Of a stretch of 64,000 nt of DNA, positions 40,114 to 50,368 are shown piece after piece. The stretch's first letter is position 1; each line of letters starts with the position of its first letter. The notes under the pieces were generated by a model, which worked only from the letters and a program-made list of their open reading frames with translations, searched no databases and was not told the origin of the DNA. The stretch is from assembly GCA_963701185.1 (NCBI GenBank), contig OY969569.1, forward strand, positions 731,548-795,547. Reading direction: 5' to 3'. A program made the translations under genes and the position numbers. This DNA comes from Candidatus Gottesmanbacteria bacterium. Its GTDB lineage: Bacteria; Patescibacteriota; Microgenomatia; UBA10105; UBA927.

Positions 40114-40888
40114 GAAGCAATTCCTTCATGGTTAGCGGGATTTGGGTGGCTAAATCCGTGGCGTTAAAGTATGAGCCAACTTTTTTGTAGAGCGCATCTC
40201 CTGCTTTTTTATTGATAAAACTCCCGGCAATCGTCGCCAAAAATGGGTCGTTGGTGCAGGCCAAAGCGGCAATAAGGCCGGCCAATACATCCCCGGTACC
40301 GCCTTTGGTCATGCCGGGATTACCGCCCTTTATCACACGGCAATTCCCGTTTGCATCGCAGGCCACGTCCTTCTCCCCTTTCAATAAAACGATACACTGA
40401 TATTTTTTTGCAGCTTCTGCAACATCAAGATTTCCGAATAGATGAGCATATTCTTGATGATGAGGTGTCAATATAGCATGAGGCGGAATCAGTGCTTTAT
40501 CCATCATCTGCAGACTTCCGGCATCAATCACCCACTGTTTCTTTGGATATTTTGCAAGAAGTGTGTTTGTAAGTGTTTTCGTTTCGTCATCTCTCGTCAT
40601 CCCCGGACCTATCAGGATAACGTCATCTTCTTCAATATATGCATTAATATCCCCCCGGGGGACGACAATACCATTTCGAAACTCATGTTTGACCAATTCA
40701 TTGTTCTCCGGCACCGAAGAATAATGGACAAGATCCACAATCCGCGAGGCCACAGTGAGACTCCATAAGCTCGCTGCGTGAAACAATTTTGATCCGCCGA
40801 TAACTAATAACCTGCCGTTTTGCCCTTTGTGGCTCCCCCGCGCCGGAAGTATCAGTTTTTTGACATCATCAATCGTCACAGGATTCAT
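40103..40888 (-). CDS. nnrD: NAD(P)H-hydrate dehydratase (YjeF C-terminal domain)
   Basis: SHKGQNG, IGPG, LTPHHQE, GGTGDVLAG. Confidence 0.88.
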   Translation of the reverse strand: MNPVTIDDVKKLILPARGSHKGQNGRLLVIGGSKLFHAASLWSLTVASRIVDLVHYSSVPENNELVKHEFRNGIVVPRGDINAYIEEDDVILIGPGMTRDDETKTLTNTLLAKYPKKQWVIDAGSLQMMDKALIPPHAILTPHHQEYAHLFGNLDVAEAAKKYQCIVLLKGEKDVACDANGNCRVIKGGNPGMTKGGTGDVLAGLIAALACTNDPFLATIAGSFINKKAGDALYKKVGSYFNATDLATQIPLTMKELLLTS

Positions 40889-41895
40889 AGCCGTATTGTA
40901 TCAACTTTTATCCCCTGTTTTTTGAATAGCGCGACCACTTCCTCCTCTGCGGAACTTACGATCGTCTGCTGTTTGTCTAACAGGTTAAGTACTAATTCGC
41001 GATGCGGGACATCCAATTCTGAAAATATATCGTCCAGGATAAGAAGCGGCCGTTCTTCTGCTTCCTTCTCTATGTAGGAAAGCTCAGCCAATTTCAGCCA
41101 TAAAATCGCTAAGCGTTGTTCTCCGCGACTTCCGTATTTACTTAAATCCAGATCATTTTTCGTGACGAGAAAATCATCGCGGTGCGGCCCCACGAGCGTG
41201 GAACCGGCTGCAACTTCTTCATCCTTATATTGTGCCAGCCGTGATTCCGAAATAACGCTTTTATCATATGCCACATGATATATGATGCCTGACACATGAT
41301 ATCCGTTGATAAAATCAATCAACGCGGCCCGTTTATCCGTCAAATATCCACCCGCCTTAATAAGCAACTGGTCCCAAAATTGCAGTTGATGGCGGTGTGC
41401 CTTGCCCTCGTTAATCAAATCGAGTAATCTATTCCGCTGCCGCAGTCCCCGCTCGTACGACAAAAGGTTCCTCCGGTATTCCCGGTCAACCTGTATGAGG
41501 ACACTGTCTAAGTATTTACGCCGGAGAGACGGGCTGTCGGTGACAAGCTCCAGATGTTCCGGCCAAAACAGGACGGCCCGCAGATTTCCGACAAAATCTA
41601 TTTGTCTCCGGGGTATTCCGTTCACGAGAAATTTTTTTGTCGGTGTCAGCACTACTTCTACGGTCGTATCGCCTCCTGTCCCCTTCACCCGCCCGAATTC
41701 AGCCTTCCACTGCACCATTTCTGCATCAGCATCGGCACGGAAACTTTTCCCCATAGAGAGCAACATAATAGCCTCGAGGATATTCGTTTTACCCGCCGTA
41801 TTGGGCCCGATGATAAGCGTCGTGTCTGGAGAAAAGGCAAACGACCGTTTCGTGTAACTGCGGAAATGGGTAAGAGTAAGATCCGACAGCGTCAT
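40885..41895 (-). CDS. recF: DNA replication/repair protein RecF
   Basis: GPNTAGKT, GPHRDD, GSRGEQR, LDDIFSELD. Confidence 0.92.
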   Translation of the reverse strand: MTLSDLTLTHFRSYTKRSFAFSPDTTLIIGPNTAGKTNILEAIMLLSMGKSFRADADAEMVQWKAEFGRVKGTGGDTTVEVVLTPTKKFLVNGIPRRQIDFVGNLRAVLFWPEHLELVTDSPSLRRKYLDSVLIQVDREYRRNLLSYERGLRQRNRLLDLINEGKAHRHQLQFWDQLLIKAGGYLTDKRAALIDFINGYHVSGIIYHVAYDKSVISESRLAQYKDEEVAAGSTLVGPHRDDFLVTKNDLDLSKYGSRGEQRLAILWLKLAELSYIEKEAEERPLLILDDIFSELDVPHRELVLNLLDKQQTIVSSAEEEVVALFKKQGIKVDTIRL

Positions 41896-42593
41896 GCGAT
41901 CGTGGTACCGTGGAATTCCTTATTGTCCAAAGCTTTTGCCAGATTATCAAGATTTTTACCGTTTAACAGTTTAACGGTAACACCTAACTTCTGAGCAAGT
42001 CTTGAGGCAATCGGGTCAAACGGCATGTTCAGGCCGGGAATCCATTTGTCGCCCACAATGGGGAAATATTCTTTCCAGGTGAGATCGACCATGGGTTTCG
42101 CGTCCGGAAACTTATTGGGGTCTTTATCATACACCTGATCTATATTTGTTAAATTAATAATATATTTCATACCATAATCTGCACAAAGCGTGATTGCGCA
42201 ATAATCTGTACTCCACCCCGGCTTCCAACCGGCCGCAATTGCTACCGGCTTTTCAATTTTCAGAATAATTTCGTAGTGCTTGATAACCCGCGGATCCGCG
42301 ATATCCACAAAAATTGTCCGGAGTAACTGGGCGTTCAGACGCGTAGCGTGGAGGCCTATCCAGTCCAGATCCAAATCAGTAATTTTTTGACCACGGACGG
42401 TGCTTGCTGCTTTTTGATATTGCCGCGTTGTCGCTCCTCCACCCACGACAATAAAAAATTTCCGTTTTTTCTCGGAAATCTGTTTACGGATAAATGTATT
42501 AAAACGGGTAAGAAATTCCGTATCAATGCCGCCGCTTGGGACAACAAGCGATCCGCCGAGGGAAAGGACAAAGGTGTTATGTGTATCCACCAT
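41892..42593 (-). CDS. pyrH: UMP kinase, archaeal-type
   Basis: SLGGS, VVGGG, PGWSTD, YDKDP, MPFDP. Confidence 0.88.
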   Translation of the reverse strand: MVDTHNTFVLSLGGSLVVPSGGIDTEFLTRFNTFIRKQISEKKRKFFIVVGGGATTRQYQKAASTVRGQKITDLDLDWIGLHATRLNAQLLRTIFVDIADPRVIKHYEIILKIEKPVAIAAGWKPGWSTDYCAITLCADYGMKYIINLTNIDQVYDKDPNKFPDAKPMVDLTWKEYFPIVGDKWIPGLNMPFDPIASRLAQKLGVTVKLLNGKNLDNLAKALDNKEFHGTTIA

Positions 42594-42679
42594 ACAATAT
42601 GTGTAATCTTACGGGAAGCCTGTTTATTTGTCAACGAAGGGCAAATATGATATAGTTTGTCCACTTTAGGAGAAAAACT

Positions 42680-42865
42680 ATGGCAGGTCAAAAATCAGAA
42701 ACATTACAAAAACCAACAACAGCACCAAGAATTGAAACAACGGTCAACACGCTTACCAAAGATGCCGTAAAAAAGGGGGCTGATCTGGCTGTTGCTCTAC
42801 AAGCGGCAGCAGCGGTTGCTGCTTATCAACCCGGAGGCCACCTCCATAATCGAGCGGAAGATTAA
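42680..42865 (+). CDS. Small hypothetical protein
   Basis: 61 aa with AGGAG RBS and upstream TGATATAGT. Confidence 0.5.
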   Translation: MAGQKSETLQKPTTAPRIETTVNTLTKDAVKKGADLAVALQAAAAVAAYQPGGHLHNRAED

Positions 42866-42877
42866 TGCAGCCTCTCT

Positions 42878-43477
42878 ATGGAAACGACTTTATACTTGGT
42901 ACGACACGGAGAAGTCCATAATCCGCGCCATGTCCTTCCGGGACGCACTCCCGGTTTTCATCTGAGTACACACGGCAAAGCCCAGGCAAAAAAAGCAGGG
43001 CTTTTTTTAAAAAACCGGCATATTGACGTTATCTATACCAGCCCCATGGAACGCTGCCGGGAAACCGCGGATAGTATCCGCCGCCAGACAGGTACATCTG
43101 TCCCCCTGTATACTCATAACGGCCTCACGGAAATTGCCACCACGCGCGATGGTGAACCTCTTACCGCACTGGAAAAAGACAAATTTAATTTTTTTACGCC
43201 GAAATATGCAAAACGGGGCGCCGAGTCCATGTCAGACATCTATAACCGTGCCTCAAAAACCATCAGGGACATACTCCGTACACATCCGGGTAAAACGTGC
43301 GTTGTCGTCACGCACGGGGATATCATTATTTTTCTGAAAATGAAGCTCTTCTGGAACACATTGGAATTTTCACTCTCCCGGGGTCCGCACTACCCCCCGC
43401 CGTGCAGCATTCTCGGATTGCAGTTTTCAAAAAAAGGCAGTCTCACCCAAAGCACGGAGATTATTTTTTTCACATAA
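42878..43477 (+). CDS. Histidine phosphatase family
   Basis: LVRHG, SPMERCRETA, VTHGD. Confidence 0.9.
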   Translation: METTLYLVRHGEVHNPRHVLPGRTPGFHLSTHGKAQAKKAGLFLKNRHIDVIYTSPMERCRETADSIRRQTGTSVPLYTHNGLTEIATTRDGEPLTALEKDKFNFFTPKYAKRGAESMSDIYNRASKTIRDILRTHPGKTCVVVTHGDIIIFLKMKLFWNTLEFSLSRGPHYPPPCSILGLQFSKKGSLTQSTEIIFFT

Positions 43478-43486
43478 GATTCCACT

Positions 43487-44590
43487 ATGAGCAAAGAAAC
43501 AGACATCCGTGAATCCGTAGCCCGGCACTTCAACAATCTGGGTATTCCTGTCGAGTCCATAGATCATGTCGGAGAGGGATACCACGCGACAGGATTCAGG
43601 CTTCTTTTCCGGGACGGCGGCCTCCTTTTCTTACGATTTATACGCCCTACGGAATTCGGCCATGACCTACCCGGAGACAGAATAAAAACCATGATTGAAG
43701 CCTCCCGCGATCTCCCTTCTTCGATTAAAACCCTGAATATTTTAGGCATAACAGAGGAAAACACTATTGTCGATCTTTCTCATCTGAAAGAAGTCGTAAC
43801 GCTGAGCGAATTTTTTCCAACAGGAGCAAAAAGCTTTTGTGAAAATCTGCGCAAACCAACGTCAACCCGCGAAGAAGCATATGAGTTGGCCTCCTCAATT
43901 GAACCCAAAGCCCGTATCATTGGTGCGACCATGGCGGAAATCCACAAGACAGCGTTCGAAGGGCCGGCAGACGCCGCAAAATCTTTGTATAAACGCTCCA
44001 CACGGGCCGTCATTCACAATGACGAGCTGATGGCCGGTGTCGGTGATCTGGACATGGTGGATTTTGAAAACATTGACTGGATGAAGCACAAGGATTTTGT
44101 CCGGCTTTTGGCGGACAGCGAACTCGCCCGCTATGCCATCGGCACGCACCCGGAACGTGTACGGCAAATTCACGGAGATTATTGGGTAAATAATTTATAT
44201 TTTGATAAAAACGACGTTATTATTGTCACCGACGGCCGGCTCAATTGGGGCGAGCCGGGCATCGACGCGGGGTGGATGGTCGGAGAATTCCTCATGCAGG
44301 ATCTTGTCCGCTTCGGCCATATGAACGACATCTTTACCCGTGTTGCCCAAAACGCCATGGACACCTATCAGGCGGTGAGCGGCGATACCGAAATTTACCG
44401 TTTCATGGGCCTTCCGTACGCATTCCAGGCATTTGCGGAAGCGGTATTCACCCCACATATCACCTCCCAACAACGCCGGCTTCTTGTGGCAACGGCCATC
44501 GGCACCCTGCAGGATACAAAACAAGGCCTCCCGTTTGATTTCAACAAACTTAACACATACACCGCCCGGGGCCTGGAACTGCTAACATAA
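43487..44590 (+). CDS. APH/choline-kinase-like phosphotransferase
   Basis: IHGDYWVNN catalytic-loop motif followed by D and GEP..D. Confidence 0.75.
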   Translation: MSKETDIRESVARHFNNLGIPVESIDHVGEGYHATGFRLLFRDGGLLFLRFIRPTEFGHDLPGDRIKTMIEASRDLPSSIKTLNILGITEENTIVDLSHLKEVVTLSEFFPTGAKSFCENLRKPTSTREEAYELASSIEPKARIIGATMAEIHKTAFEGPADAAKSLYKRSTRAVIHNDELMAGVGDLDMVDFENIDWMKHKDFVRLLADSELARYAIGTHPERVRQIHGDYWVNNLYFDKNDVIIVTDGRLNWGEPGIDAGWMVGEFLMQDLVRFGHMNDIFTRVAQNAMDTYQAVSGDTEIYRFMGLPYAFQAFAEAVFTPHITSQQRRLLVATAIGTLQDTKQGLPFDFNKLNTYTARGLELLT

Positions 44591-44602
44591 TAGTACGACT
44601 AT

Positions 44603-45451
44603 ATGATGTACGGTCTTATCGCCATGCTTGGCTGGGGCATCAGCAACTTTTTTTCCGGGCGCCTTGCTAAATCCATCGGATTTCTACCCGCATTGGTTGC
44701 GGGTACGACGGGTGTTGTTGTTTGTCTTCTGTCTATCATGCTGGCTTCCCGTCTCCCTGTTATGGCCCCCCGGAGTGATACGCTGGGACTTCTCCTTCTG
44801 GCCGGCGGACTTCTGTCTGTCGCGGGTTTGGCTTTTTACAAAGGCCTTGAAGTCGGAAAAATTGCTCTCCTGTCCCCGATTGCCGCTTCATGGCCGATGG
44901 GTATCGCAATTATTGGCATCGCCGCCAGTCAATCGCCGGTTTCCTCTTCCCAATATATCGGCATGTTTCTTGTGACCGTTGGTGTCTTTGTCGCGTCGGT
45001 AAAACGCGTGAATAAGAAAATAAATTTTTCGGATCCGGGCATACCGTATGCCTTGATCGCGCTCGCTGCGTGGATCGGAGCATTTTATTTTTTCGGCCGA
45101 ACCATCACCGGAACATCATGGATGCTGTTTAATATTCTGTTCTTATCGATCAGTATCCTTTTTGAACTGGCATATGCGGGATGGAAAAAATCCTCCGTCA
45201 CATGGAAACCAACACAAAATAACCTCGTGTATCTCGCCGCTTGCTCTATCCCGTCGGCCGCCGCATTTTATTTTTATAGCTTGGGTATGAGATCTGCCCA
45301 AAGCAGCACAACCGCCATAACAACGAATGCCAACCCCGTCATCACAGTACTGTTGGCATTGGTTCTCTTGCGGGAACGGCTTAACCGGAGGCAATTGACC
45401 GGTATCGCGATGGTGATCGGCGGCCTGGTAATAATAAACGTGGGCATATGA
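44603..45451 (+). CDS. EamA/DMT transporter
   Basis: About 10 TM with duplicated EamA pattern (LLRERL..GI). Confidence 0.85.
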   Translation: MMYGLIAMLGWGISNFFSGRLAKSIGFLPALVAGTTGVVVCLLSIMLASRLPVMAPRSDTLGLLLLAGGLLSVAGLAFYKGLEVGKIALLSPIAASWPMGIAIIGIAASQSPVSSSQYIGMFLVTVGVFVASVKRVNKKINFSDPGIPYALIALAAWIGAFYFFGRTITGTSWMLFNILFLSISILFELAYAGWKKSSVTWKPTQNNLVYLAACSIPSAAAFYFYSLGMRSAQSSTTAITTNANPVITVLLALVLLRERLNRRQLTGIAMVIGGLVIINVGI

Positions 45452-46246
45452 CACACACCGCATTTTCTGAAATTTTGATTCCCAGCCGTTATCAGGGGCT
45501 TCCTATAAAAATCCGCATTTCTAAAACTACCGACCTCTCCAAAACTGTTCTTGTTCTCCACCCTGGGGCATTTGAGTTTCTCGGCGGAGATAAAAGCAGG
45601 TATACTAAAATTCTCCTTTGGCTCCGGCTTCATCTTGCTTCACATCCGACCGTCATAACATATGAAACAAGCAGACAATCTATACCTGCGCCGCTTATAT
45701 CCCCCGCGGATCCGCTGTATTGGCAGAAAAAAGAACTATATTGGAAGAAACTGTTCGACGGAAAAACATTTTCCATGGAGCTTGATGACGTCCGAAAAAT
45801 CTATAAATATATTCAAAAATCCTTACAGCCAGAACATATATATTCTGGGGTTTTCGGTTGGCGGCACCATTGCCATGATACTTAGCCACGAAATTCCCGC
45901 CATAACAAAACTCTGTCTTATGGGCTCTGCTATTTCGACAAAACGGCCATATCTCCCAACACTAAACGGTTATCCGAATAAAAAATGGATCCTCAAGCGG
46001 ATAACCGACTATCCGAACGCAATTAAAATTATGCAGGGAATTCGGGATACTGTTGTTTCCTTAGAAGACGCCGAGGAGATTTTTCATGTTTTGCGATCAG
46101 CCTGTTACGCATCCTTTGAACGTTTTGCCGATGCAGACCATATGTTTTCCGGTAATAATGAATATTATTTAATGCACAGCGGCTTCTTCAATCTTTCAGG
46201 AATTTTTTTGATACAACATTCGACAGCCCGTGATACAATCTATGCT
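45448..46246 (+). pseudogene. Alpha/beta hydrolase split by a frameshift in an AT dinucleotide run near 45840
   Basis: N-half LHPG in ORF 45448-45885; GFSVGG, D and ADH triad motifs in ORF 45662-46813; 3' end unclear (no stop before udk). Confidence 0.6.
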
Positions 46247-46813
46247 ATGAAACATCCTTCGATTATTCTCATTTCCGGCGGGTCATGCTCGGGTAAATCC
46301 GTGTTCGCACATCTTTTCCGCAGCGCCTTTATCCTGGAGATGGACCATTTTTACTTCGGTAAATCCCAGATGAAACCACAGCCCGACGGATCCTATGATT
46401 TTGACGCACCGGATGCGGTAGATATAGCGGATTGCGCGCGCGCAGTGCGCGGCCTTGTTTCCGGAAAATCCGTCACCATTCCGAAATACGACATGAAAAT
46501 AAGCGAGCGCACCGGAACGCAGCGGATTCAAGTACCCACGGATGCGAAGTTTCTCGTCATTGAGGGCATATTTGCTTTCTATTCCCCTCTTCGCGAACTG
46601 GCGGATCTGAAAATTTATATCGATGTCCCCACGGAACTGCGTGTGGCTCGGCGCATGATCCGGGACGAAAAAAAGGGCAGATCAGATATCCAAACGCTTT
46701 CCTGGTCCGTCACCGTTGAAAAAAATCATCAGACGTATGTCGAGCCGATGAAAAAATTCGCGGACATTATTGTCCCTTTTAGCTACAGTCCGGTACAGTT
46801 ATCTTCGGTATAA
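46247..46813 (+). CDS. udk: Uridine kinase
   Basis: GGSCSGKS, MDHFY, FDAPDA, IEGIF, RRMIRD; ATG preceded by TGATACAAT. Confidence 0.8.
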   Translation: MKHPSIILISGGSCSGKSVFAHLFRSAFILEMDHFYFGKSQMKPQPDGSYDFDAPDAVDIADCARAVRGLVSGKSVTIPKYDMKISERTGTQRIQVPTDAKFLVIEGIFAFYSPLRELADLKIYIDVPTELRVARRMIRDEKKGRSDIQTLSWSVTVEKNHQTYVEPMKKFADIIVPFSYSPVQLSSV

Positions 46814-47840
46814 ACTCATATGCCTCACGCGGCAACCGGTCGAGTGTAAAGAATCCAAGCCCGGCTACGTCTTTTCGTACAACAAGCTGCATATCCGGAA
46901 GCTGCGGACCGCAATCAAATATACGTACAGACGACGGATCCTCACGGAGCGCTAGTTCGTGATAGTGTGCCAATAATTCCGATATGTTATCCCAACTGCC
47001 TACACGGATTTCATTTTTGAACGGAAAATAATTATGGTTCAACGGTCCATCCAGAACAATGGATGCCACCGCGCCGCTCTCAATTTCGGTTTTAAATGCT
47101 TTCGGCGTATCGTCCACAATAATCATGCGGCCAAGCCATCCGGCGGACCGCAAATTCCCCAACCAGGAAGTTACAACTGTATGTTTATATTCATTCACCA
47201 GTGTCGGCTCTACGGGACTGCAATATAAGTAGCCTGTTTTCGGCTCCGCATGTGTCCGTGCATCCACAAGGACAGTCATCGGATCAACAGGCAGTCCATT
47301 CCACTCTATGACCCGCTTGGTAATAGCAAACATTTCCGACATCCGTCCGGTCAGATATGTGTACAGATGCCCCATGGAGTGGAGCGCGTGAACTGTTTCC
47401 ACTGCCCGTTGCTCCGCCCGGTTTACAAATGGATTGACATCAGGATGATGATTGGCCTGAATGATGTTCTGTACTTCGTCAATTTCCGCTGTCTGCCATT
47501 GCGGGATTCTGCGCGAATGACCGCATGCCTGTAAATCAGCATTCGTAGCTGTAACCCCTGTTACATGGGAAATCGCCTTAAGCAAATCATCTGTATGCGG
47601 CCACACGGTATTATCTAAATCAATAATGACAACCGGTCTGTAGACGGGATTCAATACTTCACTGAAAATTACCGTTTTTGTTTCCCCTTGTTCCGTCAAA
47701 ACAGCTGACCGTGGTCCGGCTATAGGTAACAGCTGGGGATCCAAATGACGATCAAGCCTCTCGGTGGAATGAAGTATGTTTTCTGCCTCTTTTCTTAAAT
47801 GATGATTGGTTTCAGACTCTTGTCTCGCTAAAAACGCCAT
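46779..47840 (-). CDS. HAD-superfamily phosphatase-like protein
   Basis: DLDNT motif I, LTGR motif II, K, VDD motif IV. Confidence 0.7.
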   Translation of the reverse strand: MAFLARQESETNHHLRKEAENILHSTERLDRHLDPQLLPIAGPRSAVLTEQGETKTVIFSEVLNPVYRPVVIIDLDNTVWPHTDDLLKAISHVTGVTATNADLQACGHSRRIPQWQTAEIDEVQNIIQANHHPDVNPFVNRAEQRAVETVHALHSMGHLYTYLTGRMSEMFAITKRVIEWNGLPVDPMTVLVDARTHAEPKTGYLYCSPVEPTLVNEYKHTVVTSWLGNLRSAGWLGRMIIVDDTPKAFKTEIESGAVASIVLDGPLNHNYFPFKNEIRVGSWDNISELLAHYHELALREDPSSVRIFDCGPQLPDMQLVVRKDVAGLGFFTLDRLPREAYEFIPKITVPDCS

Positions 47841-47941
47841 AAATGATCCCTCGTTGGCAGAATAGGATTCATCCTATCATAGGGTTTGGGGCATTGCAAG
47901 AGGATTTTTCTATAAAAAATGCTATAATATGACACTATTTT

Positions 47942-50053
47942 ATGACAGGCAGCCGCCACAGTAATGAATATGAACCGGAACCTCAAACGGGTTCGTTTAT
48001 TGTCCCGATCGAACAGTATGAAAGTCCGGCGTCACGCATCCGCGGATTTAAAGAACTTCTGAAATATAAACTATGTGCTCCCAACCCTATGTTCATACTC
48101 GGACATGCTGCATTTACCCAATATCTTTCCCATGAACGACTCACACCTGATATTCAGAACGCTATCGGAAACGCTTTCGATACCATCCGGCTCCATAATC
48201 CGACCCGCGGGGCGTATGTGGGGCGCGCATTTTATGTTCCCGGTATTGATAATCCGAACGGTCCCAGAACTGCCGGCATCTATGATAAAAAGGAATATAT
48301 TCGGGAAGTAGAAAAATTTTACCGTTTCGTCGTTACCCATAACTATCATTCCGATAAAAATGCGGATATCGCCCTTATTTTCCATCCGTTTTTGAGTGCA
48401 ACGGACCCACGGCCGATGTACGGAAATATACGCCTTCGAACCAACGAAAAACTCCCGTGGGCCGGCGGCCTGGTCGTCCCCCATCCGGAACCCGGACGCA
48501 AACACCAAATGGAAATTCATGCGGCGTTCGGTGCAGATGAATCGGTAAAAAGTTATCCGGCTGATATCTACCTGATCGATCCTGACCGGATATCCGTCAC
48601 ACAGAAGCATATTGCCCTGAAAAACGAAACAACGGTTCCGGTTTCCGGCAGTACATATGATGAACACTTTCCGATTCCCCGAAGATTTCAGTCCGAACAG
48701 GCGCTCACTGATCATGAAATTCTTGCCGTCGCCCGGGAAGCGGAAAAGGTATTTGCCAAACGGCCATTCGCCCGCATTGAGTTTATGATCCAACACGACG
48801 GCGTATATATCCGGGAAATAGCCCCATGGGAGCCTGATGATGAAACGGAACTCTTTCGGTTTCCGTCCGGCGCATCAATAACCGGCCCGGTCATCCGTGT
48901 CGCTGACGAAAGCGATATTGGACGGATGAACGGCCCGGACGCAATCGTCTATTTTCCTCCCGAAGCTTCCCGCCGCAGGACAACGGATCTTTTTACCATG
49001 GTGGCGCATGCTCCGCAAATCACGCGGCTCGTGGCGCTGTGCTCCGGAAACATTACGACCGCACATGCCGTCAAAGTTATTGCTGAATCAGGCCACAGTA
49101 TTGTTATGGTCGGCGACAAAAAATTCCCGGACGGGATAGCGGTGACTGTGTACAAAAATAACGAGGGAAAACCTGTTGTTGAACCGGTCGATCCCTATTT
49201 TGATGCCATTATTCCCCTCGCGGATGTCCAACGGTTATCTGCTGGGGAAGCGGGAAATAAAGTGGGACGTCTTTCCATGATGAAAGAACAGGGCATACCG
49301 GTGCCTGACGGATTTGCCATAAGCTCGCAAGCCATCAAGCGCTATCTCCATGACCTTAGTATAAATCGGCATATCGCGCTGTTGGATGCCGCTGATCCGG
49401 ACAACATGACATACATCCGTACAATTACCGACAAAATACAGAAAAAAATTCTTGCAACTCCGCTTCCGATATCTCTGGAAGAACGAATCCGCAAGGCGAC
49501 CAACATATATAACTTCCCGACGTACATGATCCGTTCGTCCGGCAGTGAAGACGGTGCAGGCATATCCCGCGCGGGACTCTATAAATCTTCCAGTGATGTA
49601 AAGCCGGAACATGTCCCCGGCATGATACGGGAAACTATTGCTAGTTATTTCTCCGCCGCAAGCGTTATCGATATCCTCAAAGCCGGACAGCTTCCTTCGG
49701 ATATCGCCGTCGGCGTCGGCATCCATGAATATATTCCTGACCTTCCGGGAACACTTGGTGCCGTTGTTTTTACCTACCCCGACTCCATCACCATAGAAAC
49801 CGTAGAGGGATCGCCGGAATCAATCGTTTCCGGAACGGCAAAAGATTTCATCCGTATCACATACGACAGGAAAAATAAGCACAGTTCACTTACTCCCGTG
49901 GGATCTCCCAAACAACACATAACAGACGACATGATCCACAACGTTGTCCGTACGGTTAGCCAGATAGAGGAGCTATTTAAAACCTATCAGGACGTGGAGC
50001 TCATGATCCGTCCAGACGGGAAACTGTGGGTGTTCCAGGCACGGCCGAGATAA
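47942..50053 (+). CDS. PEP-synthase/PPDK-like dikinase with unusual domain order
   Basis: Central His-swivel-like TTAHA; C-terminal ATP-grasp GNK..PVPDGF..RSS..ED..AG..QDVE..QARP. Confidence 0.7.
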   Translation: MTGSRHSNEYEPEPQTGSFIVPIEQYESPASRIRGFKELLKYKLCAPNPMFILGHAAFTQYLSHERLTPDIQNAIGNAFDTIRLHNPTRGAYVGRAFYVPGIDNPNGPRTAGIYDKKEYIREVEKFYRFVVTHNYHSDKNADIALIFHPFLSATDPRPMYGNIRLRTNEKLPWAGGLVVPHPEPGRKHQMEIHAAFGADESVKSYPADIYLIDPDRISVTQKHIALKNETTVPVSGSTYDEHFPIPRRFQSEQALTDHEILAVAREAEKVFAKRPFARIEFMIQHDGVYIREIAPWEPDDETELFRFPSGASITGPVIRVADESDIGRMNGPDAIVYFPPEASRRRTTDLFTMVAHAPQITRLVALCSGNITTAHAVKVIAESGHSIVMVGDKKFPDGIAVTVYKNNEGKPVVEPVDPYFDAIIPLADVQRLSAGEAGNKVGRLSMMKEQGIPVPDGFAISSQAIKRYLHDLSINRHIALLDAADPDNMTYIRTITDKIQKKILATPLPISLEERIRKATNIYNFPTYMIRSSGSEDGAGISRAGLYKSSSDVKPEHVPGMIRETIASYFSAASVIDILKAGQLPSDIAVGVGIHEYIPDLPGTLGAVVFTYPDSITIETVEGSPESIVSGTAKDFIRITYDRKNKHSSLTPVGSPKQHITDDMIHNVVRTVSQIEELFKTYQDVELMIRPDGKLWVFQARPR

Positions 50054-50327
50054 TATTCGTCAGTTCTTCTCGGACCGCTTTATTGTTCTCCCTATACGTC
50101 AAAAGGGGGTTCTTGTCTTCCGGCTGGTGCCAAAACAAAGGAGATAGATCTTCATGTCCGGGCACTTCTATTTCCAACCCTCCGTTTTTTAATTGAGTAA
50201 GGCTGACAACAACCGCGCTGATAGTCTTAGGTAATACAATGGAATCAGCATCTTCGTTCAGTCCGTGGTTGAGCTCTGTTCCTTTTTGAATCTTAATTTT
50301 TTGACCAATTTCAAACTTGTTTAGCAT
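50001..50327 (-). CDS. Hypothetical protein
   Basis: 108-aa ORF; no motif recognised. Confidence 0.45.
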   Translation of the reverse strand: MLNKFEIGQKIKIQKGTELNHGLNEDADSIVLPKTISAVVVSLTQLKNGGLEIEVPGHEDLSPLFWHQPEDKNPLLTYRENNKAVREELTNIISAVPGTPTVSRLDGS

Positions 50328-50368
50328 AAGGGGAAATAACTATACTCCTGAATAAATTACTTGTCAAA

